DNA of 64,000 nt from Terriglobia bacterium (GCA_020073005.1 JAIQFX010000047.1:4080-68079); one strand, 5' to 3'; positions 8,526 through 18,062 are shown, counted from the first letter of the stretch. Numbers and translations are program-made. The notes: generated by a model from the sequence alone, not told the origin.

Positions 8526-10067
8526 ATGAGACATCTGCATCGGGCACGGGTCTTTCTCATAGCTGCGCTGGGGTTCGTGATGGCTGCGCCGGCTGTCGCC
8601 CAGACCGCCGACGATCAATGCAAGCCGCTGCCGGTCCTTGCGGCGCCGACCGTCACGGTCAACGGCAAGACCGACGGCAATCAGAACTTCAGTTACGTCG
8701 TGGTCGCGCACTTCCCGAACGGCAGCGCGGCGGCCAGCCCGCCGGGGTCGGTGAAGAACGGAAGCGATGTCAGCGCGGCCGACTTCAACACCGTCAGCTG
8801 GGCGGCGGTGCCCGGCGCGGATCGCTATGAGGTTTACCGAACGGTGGGCCCAAACGGCGTGAAGAAGGGTCACATCTACGGAACTGACGCAATCGTCAGC
8901 GGCAACCAGGTCACGCACGTGGACGACAAGGCCGGCACGCCACCCAAACTGCGAGATGGCGACGACTCGACGCCGTCCGGCATCACGCTGCTGCTCGATA
9001 CGCGCTGCATCCTGTCCTCGTCCGACACGCGGATCGTCGTCGGCGGCGAGGACGGCGCGCCCAGCGCGATGCCCACGAGCCTCAACGCCGTGCTCGACGT
9101 CATGCTGATGGCGCCGATCGCGCGGCGGCTCGGCGGATGGCTGGACCTCCGGCTGTCGAGCGCGCCCGCGGCGTCGAGCACCGTCACGATCGGACAGTTG
9201 TCGTCGGCGCTGGGCAGCACGACCAGCCTTTCGACATCCCTGCAGGGTGAGCGGTTCGACAAGGTGCTTGCGGGCTTCACGATGAAGATGGGCTTCGACG
9301 TGCCGATTCTCGCCAGGCAGCGGCTGCGGATGGACACGCAGTACTCGATCGAGCCGGACGCGATCTTCGGCTTCGGCCTCAAGACGCCGCTCAACGCGCA
9401 GGTGGATGCGCCGCAGACGTACTACTACAACACCGCGTCACAGCCGTTCAAGGACGCCTATCCTCAACTCGACGACCCGATCAGGAACAAGAAGTACGAC
9501 GTCATCGCCTTCGTTCCGCAGGATCGCAGCCGGTTCTACAGCGAATGGTTCGCGGGTCTGCGTTTGAAGACGCATCACTATCACGAGAGCGACAACGCCG
9601 CCCATACCGATGCGTACGGCAACCGCAAGAAGATCGACGCCGCCTTTCCGGGCATCATCGACATCACGTTCGGGCAGAACCAGGCCATCACGGCCGGACT
9701 CTGGAACGGAACAGTCGCGCACGTCGGCGCGTTCTATCCGCTTCCCCTCGAAGGGGCGGCGGCGGCGTTCTACGTCTTTGGTTCCGTGGACGTGCACATG
9801 ACGTCGGCCGTGCCGTCGCCGAGCCCGTCGCCCAACGGGACCGCGAACACGCTGTCAGTCGGAAAGACCAACACCTCAACGGCCGTCTTCTACCTTCAGC
9901 CGGCGCAGACATCCGACGGCAAGCCGCTGCCGCTCTTCGACGAGAAGGGCCAGCCGACGGTGCAGATTCAGCCGATCAACCCGGCCGATCGCGACGAGTG
10001 GCGGTTCGGCGTGGGCGTCGACCTCGGCACGCTCCTGCGCGTCGGGCACTTGCGGGGGAAGCAATAG
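8526..10067 (+). CDS. Secreted protein with a signal peptide, an Fn3/Ig-like N-terminal domain and a beta-rich C-terminal domain (possible outer-membrane barrel).
   Basis: MRHLHRARVFLIAALGFVMAAPAVAQ is a signal peptide. 'VSWAAVPGADRYEVYR' is Fn3-like. The C-terminal half has alternating beta-strand-like composition and ends 'EWRFGVGVDLGTLLRVGHLRGKQ'. Confidence 0.7.
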   Translation: MRHLHRARVFLIAALGFVMAAPAVAQTADDQCKPLPVLAAPTVTVNGKTDGNQNFSYVVVAHFPNGSAAASPPGSVKNGSDVSAADFNTVSWAAVPGADRYEVYRTVGPNGVKKGHIYGTDAIVSGNQVTHVDDKAGTPPKLRDGDDSTPSGITLLLDTRCILSSSDTRIVVGGEDGAPSAMPTSLNAVLDVMLMAPIARRLGGWLDLRLSSAPAASSTVTIGQLSSALGSTTSLSTSLQGERFDKVLAGFTMKMGFDVPILARQRLRMDTQYSIEPDAIFGFGLKTPLNAQVDAPQTYYYNTASQPFKDAYPQLDDPIRNKKYDVIAFVPQDRSRFYSEWFAGLRLKTHHYHESDNAAHTDAYGNRKKIDAAFPGIIDITFGQNQAITAGLWNGTVAHVGAFYPLPLEGAAAAFYVFGSVDVHMTSAVPSPSPSPNGTANTLSVGKTNTSTAVFYLQPAQTSDGKPLPLFDEKGQPTVQIQPINPADRDEWRFGVGVDLGTLLRVGHLRGKQ

Positions 10068-10078
10068 GCGCCGCCGCG

Positions 10079-10110
10079 GACGCGCCGATCTACAATGAGC
10101 CCGACGCCGA
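10079..10110 (+). repeat. Right copy of the 32-bp repeat, an intergenic remnant resembling the hydrolase 3' coding sequence.
   Basis: gacgcgccgatctacaaTGagcccgacgccga would encode DAPIYNEPDAD. It sits between the stop of 8526..10067 and the ilvA ATG (10117). Confidence 0.75.
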
Positions 10111-10116
10111 CCGACC

Positions 10117-11325
10117 ATGTCCGTCTCGATCGATCAGGTTCGCCAGGCCGCGCAGGCCATCTCCGGCGGCGTCATCGAGACGCCCTGCCTGCACTCGCGC
10201 ACGCTGTCGCAGATTACGGGCGCGCAGATTTTCCTGAAGTTCGAGAATCTTCAATTCACCGCGTCGTTCAAGGAGCGCGGCGCGCTCAACAAGCTGCGCA
10301 GCCTCGACGAAGGGCAGAGGCGCGCCGGCGTCATCGCGGCCTCGGCCGGCAATCACGCGCAGGGCGTGGCCTATCACGCGCAGCGTCTCGGCATCGCCGC
10401 CGTGATCGTCATGCCGCGCCATACGCCGGGCGTGAAGATCGAGCACACGCGCGCCTGCGGCGCGGAAGTCATCCTGCACGGCGAGCTGTTCGACGACGCG
10501 AAACTTCATGCGCTCGATCTGGTGAAACAGCGCGGGCTGACCTGGATTCATCCGTACGACGATGAAGCGATCATTGCGGGACAGGGGACGATCGCGCTGG
10601 AGATGCTCCAGGCGCAGCCGGCGCTCGACGTCCTGATCGTGCCAATTGGAGGCGGCGGCCTGATCTCCGGCATCGCGTTGGCTGCCGCCGCGCTGAAGCC
10701 GGGCATCGAAACCATCGGCGTGCAGACCGCGCGCTTCCCGTCGATGTACTGCGCGGTGAGGGGCGAGACGCCCTCGTACGGCGTCACGACGATCGCCGAC
10801 GGCATCGCCGTCAAGGCGCCGGGAACGCTGACGCTTCCCATCATCAAGGAACACGTGCGCGACATCGTGCTGGTCGATGAAGGCGACATCGAGCAGGCGA
10901 TCGTGATGCTGCTCGAAGTCGAGAAGACGGTGGCGGAAGGCGCGGGCGCCGCGCCGCTGGCGGCCGTCCTGCGGCATCGCGATCGGTTTCTCGGCAAGCG
11001 CGTCGGGCTGGTGCTGTCGGGCGGCAACATCGATCCGCTGATGCTGGCGGGCATCATCGAGCGCGGCATGGTGCGCACGGGCCGGCTGACGCGGCTGACG
11101 GTGGAGCTGCGCGATCTGCCGAGCACGCTTGCGCAGGTGACAAGCTGTCTCGCCGAGATGAACGCCAACATCCAGGCGATCTCCCATCAGCGCGCCTTCA
11201 CGAACCTGCCGGTACAGACCGTCGAGGTGGAGTTCGTGCTCGAAACGCGCGGTCACGATCACGTCCGCCAGGTGATCGACGCCCTGGCGCGGATCGGCGT
11301 CGCGGCGAAACTGCATCTGGACTGA
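10117..11325 (+). CDS. ilvA: Threonine ammonia-lyase (threonine dehydratase), short form with one C-terminal ACT-like domain.
   Basis: The PLP-lysine motif 'FTASFKERGA', 'GNHAQG' and the glycine loop 'PIGGGGLISG' are present. Length is 402 aa with a regulatory C-terminal domain. Confidence 0.9.
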   Translation: MSVSIDQVRQAAQAISGGVIETPCLHSRTLSQITGAQIFLKFENLQFTASFKERGALNKLRSLDEGQRRAGVIAASAGNHAQGVAYHAQRLGIAAVIVMPRHTPGVKIEHTRACGAEVILHGELFDDAKLHALDLVKQRGLTWIHPYDDEAIIAGQGTIALEMLQAQPALDVLIVPIGGGGLISGIALAAAALKPGIETIGVQTARFPSMYCAVRGETPSYGVTTIADGIAVKAPGTLTLPIIKEHVRDIVLVDEGDIEQAIVMLLEVEKTVAEGAGAAPLAAVLRHRDRFLGKRVGLVLSGGNIDPLMLAGIIERGMVRTGRLTRLTVELRDLPSTLAQVTSCLAEMNANIQAISHQRAFTNLPVQTVEVEFVLETRGHDHVRQVIDALARIGVAAKLHLD

Positions 11326-11445
11326 ACCCGGCATCGACGCCGGGAATCCGTCGTCGTCGCCGGTACCAGACATTTCCCTTCGTCAATCGGTCATGCGCAG
11401 CGCCAGTCCGGTGGTACGTCAATTGCGACAACGTTAAGAAAGAAC

Positions 11446-12408
11446 GTGATGAACGGCGAGCCGATCTACATGACGCTGTTTCGCTCGGGCGAATTGGCCG
11501 AGCGGGCGAAGTCCGCGGTCGAGCATCTCGCCTCGTGTGACCTGTGCGCGCGCTACTGTCGCGTCGATCGCGTTCCGGGCGCGAAAGGGGCGGTGTGCCG
11601 AACCGGCCGGCGCGCCATGGTGCATAGCGTCGGCCCGCACCACGGCGAAGAGCGGCCGCTGAGCGGCACGCGAGGCTCAGGCACGATCTTCTTCACGTGG
11701 TGCAATCTGCGCTGCGTGTTCTGCCAGAATTATGAGATTGCCCAACTTGGCCACGGCGACGAGGTGACGGTGGAGCAGCTCGCCGACATGATGCTGCGGC
11801 TTCAGCGCCAGGGCTGCCACAACGTCAACTTCGTGACGCCGAGCCACGTCGTCGCGCAGATCCTCGAGGCGCTCGTGATCGCCGCGGAACGCGGACTGCG
11901 GCTGCCGCTCGTGTACAACACCGCCGGGTACGACAGTCAGGAAGCGCTGGCGCTGCTCGACGGCGTGATTGACATCTATCTTCCGGACATGAAGTACGGG
12001 GACTCCGCGATCGCGCAGCGCCACTCGAAGGTGCGCGACTACGTGACGATCAACCAGGCGGCCGTTCGTGAGATGCACCGGCAGGCGGGCGATCTGGTGC
12101 TGGACGATCGCGGAATCGCGCGCCGCGGCGTGCTGGTCCGGCACCTGGTGCTGCCCGCGGGCCTGTCGGGCACGGAGCAGGTGCTGGCGTTTCTCAGGAA
12201 CGAAGTCTCGCCGAGCGCGAGCGTGAATCTGATGGGCCAGTACCGTCCGTACTTCAAGGCGGCGCAGTATCCGCCGCTCGATCGACGGCTCACCGACAAA
12301 GACTTTCAGGACGCCGTCGCGGCGGCGCGACGCTCGGGGCTGACGCTTGTCGACGGTCCGGATGGCGAGGCAGACCTCGAGCAAGTTGCGGATGCGCGGG
12401 TGATGTAG
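11446..12408 (+). CDS. Radical SAM protein, PflX-like (homolog of pyruvate formate-lyase activase, COG1313 type).
   Basis: Carries the CxxxCxxC cluster 'CNLRCVFCQN', an N-terminal extra Cys pair 'CDLCARYCRV', and 'YLPDMKY'. Confidence 0.8.
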   Translation: MMNGEPIYMTLFRSGELAERAKSAVEHLASCDLCARYCRVDRVPGAKGAVCRTGRRAMVHSVGPHHGEERPLSGTRGSGTIFFTWCNLRCVFCQNYEIAQLGHGDEVTVEQLADMMLRLQRQGCHNVNFVTPSHVVAQILEALVIAAERGLRLPLVYNTAGYDSQEALALLDGVIDIYLPDMKYGDSAIAQRHSKVRDYVTINQAAVREMHRQAGDLVLDDRGIARRGVLVRHLVLPAGLSGTEQVLAFLRNEVSPSASVNLMGQYRPYFKAAQYPPLDRRLTDKDFQDAVAAARRSGLTLVDGPDGEADLEQVADARVM

Positions 12409-12435
12409 AACCGCGCGGCCGATCGAGAGGACGTC

Positions 12436-13074
12436 ATGACTGCGTGGATTTCCAGTCTGTTCTTGATGGCGATGATTCCCGTCGCGCAGACGCCGCGCGA
12501 CGTCGTGAAGCTGCCGGCGCCGCGGACGACCGGCGCGATGCCGCTGGACGAGGCGCTTGCGGCCCGCCGATCCGTGCGCGAATTCGCCGCGACGCCGCTC
12601 ACGTGGAGTCAGATCGGGCAGCTGCTATGGGCCGCGCAGGGCATCACGCACGACGAAGGCAAGCGCACGGCGCCGTCGGCGGGCGCGACGTATCCGCTCG
12701 AGCTGTACGTCGTCACGGCGGACGGCGTGTTCCAGTACCTGCCGGACCGTCATGAGGCCGCTCGTGTCGGCACGCGTGACGTGCGTCGGGATGTCCGGCT
12801 GGCCGCGGGCGGACAGGATGCGCTCGACGCGCCCGCGGTGTTCGTGTTCGCCGCGGTGCCCGCGCGCACAGCGACGCGCTACGGCGACCGCGCGATGCGC
12901 TACGTGCAGATCGAGGTTGGACACGCCGCGCAGAACCTGCTGCTCGAAGCCGTGGCTCTCGGTCTCGGCGCGGTGCCGATGGGCGCCTTCAGCGACACCG
13001 AGCTGCACCGGGTGCTCGGCCTCCCGGCGAATCAGGTCGTGCTGTACGTCGTACCAGTCGGTCGCGCTCGATGA
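12436..13074 (+). CDS. SagB/ThcOx-type nitroreductase-family dehydrogenase with an N-terminal hydrophobic segment.
   Basis: 'RRSVREF', 'PSAGATYPLELYVV' and 'VQIEVGHAAQNLLLEA..GLGAVPMGAF' are typical of the SagB-like nitroreductase fold. Its stop overlaps the next ATG (ATGA at 13071). Confidence 0.75.
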   Translation: MTAWISSLFLMAMIPVAQTPRDVVKLPAPRTTGAMPLDEALAARRSVREFAATPLTWSQIGQLLWAAQGITHDEGKRTAPSAGATYPLELYVVTADGVFQYLPDRHEAARVGTRDVRRDVRLAAGGQDALDAPAVFVFAAVPARTATRYGDRAMRYVQIEVGHAAQNLLLEAVALGLGAVPMGAFSDTELHRVLGLPANQVVLYVVPVGRAR

Positions 13075-13820
13075 TCGACCACACGGTCCTTTCGGCGGCC
13101 AACCTGCGCAAGGAGTACGGCGCCATCGTCGCGGTCGATGGCGTGTCGTTCGACGTGGGCCGCAACGAGATCCTCGGCCTGCTCGGCCCCAACGGCGCGG
13201 GCAAGACGACCATCATCAACATGATTCTCGGCGTGCTCGAGCCATCGTCCGGCTCGATTCGCGTCGAAGAGATCGATGCGAGACAGCATCGCGCCAGCGC
13301 GCTCGCGCGCACGAACTTCGCGGCCGTGTACGCGCCGCTGCCAGGCAATCTCACCGTGGCGCAGAACCTGCGCATCTTCGGCCTGCTCTATGACGTGAAG
13401 GATCTCCGGCGACGCATCGACGAGCTGCTCGATCAATTCGAGCTGCGCCGGTTCAGAGACGTGAAGTGCGGCGTGCTGTCGTCGGGCGAGCAGACGCGCG
13501 TCGGACTCGCGAAGGCGTTCCTCAATCGGCCGACGCTGCTGCTCCTGGACGAGCCGACCGCGTCGCTCGATCCTGCCGCCGCGCACGACGTCCGCAGACG
13601 CATCTGCGACTACGCCAGGGACGCCGGCGTCGGCATTCTGTGGACGTCGCACAACATGTACGAGGTCGAGGAGGTCTGTCATCGCGTCCTCTTCCTGTCG
13701 CGCGGCAAGATTCTTCTCGAAGGCGATCCGAAGCGGCTGCCGGCCGAGCGCGGCTGCAAGACGCTCGAGGATCTCTTCATCGCGGTGGCGCGCGAGCCGC
13801 TCGCGCTCGAACTGACATGA
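13071..13820 (+). CDS. ABC transporter ATP-binding protein (ABC-2/DrrA-like).
   Basis: Walker A 'GPNGAGKTT', signature 'LSSGEQ', Walker B 'LLLLDEP'. Confidence 0.9.
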   Translation: MIDHTVLSAANLRKEYGAIVAVDGVSFDVGRNEILGLLGPNGAGKTTIINMILGVLEPSSGSIRVEEIDARQHRASALARTNFAAVYAPLPGNLTVAQNLRIFGLLYDVKDLRRRIDELLDQFELRRFRDVKCGVLSSGEQTRVGLAKAFLNRPTLLLLDEPTASLDPAAAHDVRRRICDYARDAGVGILWTSHNMYEVEEVCHRVLFLSRGKILLEGDPKRLPAERGCKTLEDLFIAVAREPLALELT

Positions 13821-14626
13821 CGCTGTCGCCTCGCCGCACCGGCGCGATCCTGCTTCGCCAGATCTATCTGGTGCGCGGAAGCGTCGCGCGCCTGCTGCCG
13901 CTGTTCGCGTGGGTGGCGATCGACATGGTGCTGTGGGGATTCATCACGAGGTACCTCAACACGGTCACCAAGGCCGGCTTCGACTTCGTGCCGACGCTGC
14001 TGGGCGCCGTGCTGTTGTGGGATTTCTTCGCGCGCGTGATGCAGGGCGTGACCGTCGCGTTCCTGGAAGACGTATGGTCGCGCAACTTCCTGAATCTGTT
14101 CGCGACGCCGCTGTCGATCGCCGAGTACGTGGCCGGCCTCGTGGCGTCGAGCGTCGCGACGAGCGTGATCGGCCTCGTGGTGATGCTCGTCCTGGCGACG
14201 ACGATCTTCGGGCTGTCGTTCTTCGGCTACGGCGTGGCGCTGGTGCCGTTCCTGCTGGTGCTCTTCACGTTCGGGATCGCGCTTGGCGTGGCGGCGAGCG
14301 CCGTCGTGCTCTGGCTCGGTCCGGCGTCCGAGTGGCTCATCTGGCCGATTCCCGCGCTGGTCGCGCCGTTTGCCGGCGTCTTCTATCCGGTGTCGACGCT
14401 GCCGCGCTGGATGCAGTACGTCTCACGACTGCTGCCGCCGTCTCCGGTGTTCGAGGGGATGCGCGCCGCGGTGAGCGGCCAGGGCGTGTCGATGCTCGCC
14501 TTGTCGTGGGGCGGCGGCCTCGCCCTGGCCGATCTCATGCTGGCGTGCTGGTTCTTCTCCTTCGTCTATCGCCGCGCGGTCCGCGTCGGACTCATCGCGC
14601 GATACAGCGCCGAGAACATCGGCTGA
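13817..14626 (+). CDS. ABC-2 type transporter permease.
   Basis: The in-frame ATG at 13817 overlaps the ATPase stop (ATGA). There are six hydrophobic spans, e.g. 'LLPLFAWVAIDMVLWGFI' and 'LVVMLVLATTIFGLSFFGYG'. Confidence 0.8.
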   Translation: MTLSPRRTGAILLRQIYLVRGSVARLLPLFAWVAIDMVLWGFITRYLNTVTKAGFDFVPTLLGAVLLWDFFARVMQGVTVAFLEDVWSRNFLNLFATPLSIAEYVAGLVASSVATSVIGLVVMLVLATTIFGLSFFGYGVALVPFLLVLFTFGIALGVAASAVVLWLGPASEWLIWPIPALVAPFAGVFYPVSTLPRWMQYVSRLLPPSPVFEGMRAAVSGQGVSMLALSWGGGLALADLMLACWFFSFVYRRAVRVGLIARYSAENIG

Positions 14627-14635
14627 CCGTCCTCG

Positions 14636-16138
14636 CTAGACACATCCGAGCACCGCGCGGATCCGCTGCGCGGCCGCGATCAGCGACGCCGCGTCGGCCG
14701 CGGTGATCGCCTTGCCCGTCTGCGCGTTGACCTCGTTGACGAACGCGCCCAGCACATTGCACGCGTTGCCGATCGCATTCGCGCGCGCCGCGTCGAGCGC
14801 CGCCATCGCCGCGTTCAGCTTCGCGTCGAGGCTGTTCTCAATCCCGCGCTTGATGTTGAGCGACGCGACCAGCGCCGGCAGCGACGCCAGTTGATCGTCG
14901 GCGCCGCGCACGTGCACCGTGAACGCCGCCTCGGCGCTGTTGCCGGACACATCGATCGCGGTGCATCGGACTTCCGTGTTGCCGATCGCGAAGAGGCCGC
15001 TCAGCGGCGACGTGCACGACAGGACCGGCGACGGATCCCTGTTGTCCGCGACCGTGACATGCAGGACGACGTCGGCGCCCGCCGGCGACGTCGCGTCGAC
15101 CGTGACGTCGACTGCTCCCGACATCACCGGCGGCTCGGTGTCGGACGACGATGAGATCTCGAACGTGTACATGTAGATGTCGAGATCGCCGTTGCGGTCG
15201 TCGGTGTAGACAATCCGGTTGCCGTCGATGTTGCTGAGGTACTGCCCGCTTGTGCCCGACGTGATGTCGAACACCTCGCTGGTCGGCAGGTGCCACAGCT
15301 TGATGTGATAGAGCCCTTCAGACAAATCGTCGAACGAGACGTTGTCGCCGCTCACATGCGGTCTCGCCTGGTCGCCGGGCAGCGCGAGCTGTCTCTCGAT
15401 CCCCGTCGCGAGGTCGTAGAGATAGATGTCACTGTCACCAGTGCGATCGCCCTGATAGGCGATCTTCTGCCCGTTGATGGCCGGCGAGCGCTCGTTGGAG
15501 TCCGGCGTGTCGGTGATGTGCGTGGTGAGTCCGGTCTGCCAGTCGTAGATCCAGATGTCGCACGTGCCTCCGGGCGCACACCGTTCCCAGGCGATGACGG
15601 TGCCGCTCACGGCAGGTTTCTGATCGGTATCCGTCGAGTCGGTGACGCGCCGCTCCTCGTTCGTGACGACATCCTTCGCGTAGATCTCCATGTTGCCGTC
15701 GCGGCTGTCCTCCCACACGGCGAGGGTCCCGCTGATCACCGGATCGACGGAGTTGAACGGGTGACCGATGCTGTCCTTGTCAGCTCGCGTGAGATTTTCC
15801 GTCGTGCCGTCTGCGATGTTGAACAGCACGACGTCTGCAGTGCGGTAGTCCGTGTACACGATGCGGCCGCCGGACACGCCCGTCAGTTCCTGATTGCCGG
15901 GGGCGACGATGACCGGATACTCGAGCATCGTGGCCAGATCGACGTAGTAGACGTCCGTATCCGCGCTGCGGTAATCGGTGAAGACGACGATGTTGCCGGA
16001 GATGGCGGAATCGTACTGATCGCCGAGGTCGGTCGTGACGCGGCGCTCGGTGCCGGTGATCGTCTGCGCGCTCGGCGCGAGAGTCGTCAGAAGAAGAAAC
16101 GGAATAATCAAGACGAAGCGGATGAGTGTTCGAAGCAT
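14636..16138 (-). CDS. Secreted TolB-like beta-propeller repeat protein with a HYR-like Ig domain and a C-terminal helical region.
   Basis: The start MLRTLIRFVLIIPFLLLTTLAPSAQ at 16138 has GGGAG upstream. About 7 repeats follow the pattern 'G..IVYTD.R.G..DIY.YD'. 'DTEPPV...VVLHVTVADNRDPSPVLSC...VRCTAIDVSGNSAEAAFTVHV' is HYR-like. Confidence 0.75.
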   Translation of the reverse strand: MLRTLIRFVLIIPFLLLTTLAPSAQTITGTERRVTTDLGDQYDSAISGNIVVFTDYRSADTDVYYVDLATMLEYPVIVAPGNQELTGVSGGRIVYTDYRTADVVLFNIADGTTENLTRADKDSIGHPFNSVDPVISGTLAVWEDSRDGNMEIYAKDVVTNEERRVTDSTDTDQKPAVSGTVIAWERCAPGGTCDIWIYDWQTGLTTHITDTPDSNERSPAINGQKIAYQGDRTGDSDIYLYDLATGIERQLALPGDQARPHVSGDNVSFDDLSEGLYHIKLWHLPTSEVFDITSGTSGQYLSNIDGNRIVYTDDRNGDLDIYMYTFEISSSSDTEPPVMSGAVDVTVDATSPAGADVVLHVTVADNRDPSPVLSCTSPLSGLFAIGNTEVRCTAIDVSGNSAEAAFTVHVRGADDQLASLPALVASLNIKRGIENSLDAKLNAAMAALDAARANAIGNACNVLGAFVNEVNAQTGKAITAADAASLIAAAQRIRAVLGCV

Positions 16139-16337
16139 TGGAATCTCCCTTGGGGCGGACGGGGGAACGCCAAGACAACTCAAACAAGGCGAGTGCCATG
16201 TGCGAGAAGCGCACGTCGCAGAAATTGCGTTCGTCGCGCCGCGACGCGACGAAGAGTCGCCAGCGCGACGGCGGCTTCCCGACTCGACTACCGGTTTAGC
16301 GCTTGCGTCGCGCGCGCGCTCGCCGACAGAATTGTCA

Positions 16338-18062
16338 ATGCCTTCCGCCCGCAATCATTCTTCTGAACGCGCGGGCTTCGCGGGACTCGGCGTCGCCGAC
16401 GCCCTGGTCGCCACGGTGACGGCGCTCGGCTACGAAGAACCCACGCCCGTTCAGCGCGAAACGATTCCCGTCATGCTCTCCGGCCGCGATCTGCTCGCGC
16501 AGGCCGCCACCGGCACCGGCAAGACCGCGGCGTTCGCGCTGCCGCTCATCCAGCGTCTGGTCGGCGAACCGAAAGGCAAGCACCGCACGCGCGGACTCGT
16601 GCTCGTCCCGACGCGCGAGCTCGCGATGCAGGTCGCCGAGTCGGTGCACAAGTACGCGCGAGGAACGGCGCTCAGCGTGATCCCGGTTTACGGCGGCGCC
16701 TCGATGCTGCAGCAGACCCGCGCGCTCGAGCGCGGCGCGGACATCGTCGTGGCGACGCCGGGCCGGGCGCTCGATCACCTCCGCCGCAACACGTTGAAGC
16801 TCGACGCGCTCGCCGTGCTCGTGCTCGACGAAGCCGACGAGATGCTGGACATGGGCTTCGCCGAAGACATCGACACGATTCTCAAGTCCACGCCGACGAC
16901 GCGCCAGACGACGCTCTTCTCGGCGACGCTGCCGTCCCGCATTCTTTCGATCGCGCAGAAGCATCTGAAAGACCCGCAGCGCATCTCCGTCGCGCGCGAG
17001 AAGACTGCGGCGGGCAAGCTGCCGCGCGTCCGGCAGGTCGCGTACCTCGTCCATCGCTCGCAGAAGCCGGACGTGCTCGGACGCGTCCTCGACGTGGAGA
17101 GTCCCACGTCCGCGATCGTGTTCTGCCGGACACGGCTCGACGTGGACACGCTCGTCGAGCGGCTGAACGCGCACGGCTATCGCGCCGAGGCGCTGCACGG
17201 CGGCATGCAGCAGCGTCAGCGCGATCAGGTCATGTCCCGCTTTCGCTCGGAGAAAGCCGATCTCCTCGTCGCCACCGACGTCGCGGCGCGCGGCCTCGAC
17301 ATCAAGCATCTCTCGCACGTCGTCAATTACGATCTGCCGGCATCCGCGGACGACTACGTCCACCGCATCGGACGCACGGGCCGCGCCGGCCGCGAGGGCA
17401 CCGCGATCACGCTGGCCGATCCGCGCGAGCAGCGCCTGCTGCGCAGCATCGAGCAGGTCACGAAGCAGAAGATCGAAATCGCGGCGGTGCCGACGCTGTC
17501 GGATCTGCGCGCGCGGCGTCTCGAAACCACGCGCGCGGCGCTGCGCGAGAAGCTCATCGCCGGCGATCTGGACGATGTGCGCGGCGTCGTGGAGTCGCTG
17601 GCGGTGGAATTTCCGGTGAACGACATCGCGGCCGCGGCCGTGAAGCTCGCGCACGCGGCGGTCGTCGGCGAGCGTGAAGAGAAAGAGCTGCCGGCCGCGC
17701 CCGCGGCGCCCCCGGCCCGGACGTCGGGGCCCGCGCGTTTCTCAGGCGGGAAGCGTACCGTCCGGCCGGAGCACGGTCGGATCCGGGCGCCCCGTGAACA
17801 TGCGGCGCGCGAAAACGTCGTGCGGCTGTTCGTCGGCGCCGGGCGCCAGGCCGGCATTCGCCCGGGAGATCTCGTCGGCGCGATCACAGGTGAGACCGGG
17901 ATGTCATCGAAGGACCTCGGCGCGATCGAAATCACCGATCGCTTCTCGTTGGTGGACGTGCCGGACGCGATGGCCGATCAAATCATCGACGCGCTGAAAA
18001 AGACGACGCTGCGCGGACAGAAAGTCGCCGTGCGCCGCAGCCGCGAGTCGTCAGAAATGTAA
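16338..18062 (+). CDS. deaD: DEAD-box ATP-dependent RNA helicase with a C-terminal DbpA-type RNA-binding domain (DeaD/CsdA-like).
   Basis: Q-motif 'GYEEPTPVQ', 'AQAATGTGKT', 'VLDEADEM', 'SAT' and 'HRIGRTGRAG' are present. The C-terminal 'GDLVGAITGETG..LGAIEI' matches a DbpA domain. Start is the ATG at 16338 (MPSARNH). Confidence 0.9.
   Translation: MPSARNHSSERAGFAGLGVADALVATVTALGYEEPTPVQRETIPVMLSGRDLLAQAATGTGKTAAFALPLIQRLVGEPKGKHRTRGLVLVPTRELAMQVAESVHKYARGTALSVIPVYGGASMLQQTRALERGADIVVATPGRALDHLRRNTLKLDALAVLVLDEADEMLDMGFAEDIDTILKSTPTTRQTTLFSATLPSRILSIAQKHLKDPQRISVAREKTAAGKLPRVRQVAYLVHRSQKPDVLGRVLDVESPTSAIVFCRTRLDVDTLVERLNAHGYRAEALHGGMQQRQRDQVMSRFRSEKADLLVATDVAARGLDIKHLSHVVNYDLPASADDYVHRIGRTGRAGREGTAITLADPREQRLLRSIEQVTKQKIEIAAVPTLSDLRARRLETTRAALREKLIAGDLDDVRGVVESLAVEFPVNDIAAAAVKLAHAAVVGEREEKELPAAPAAPPARTSGPARFSGGKRTVRPEHGRIRAPREHAARENVVRLFVGAGRQAGIRPGDLVGAITGETGMSSKDLGAIEITDRFSLVDVPDAMADQIIDALKKTTLRGQKVAVRRSRESSEM

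Noticed and set aside
8346-8918. N-terminal 191-codon extension of the track ORF 6690..8918.
   Set aside because: It is Arg-rich and non-protein-like. It overlaps the divergent, well-supported gene starting at 8526. A good SD and ATG with a TM helix follows at 8345.
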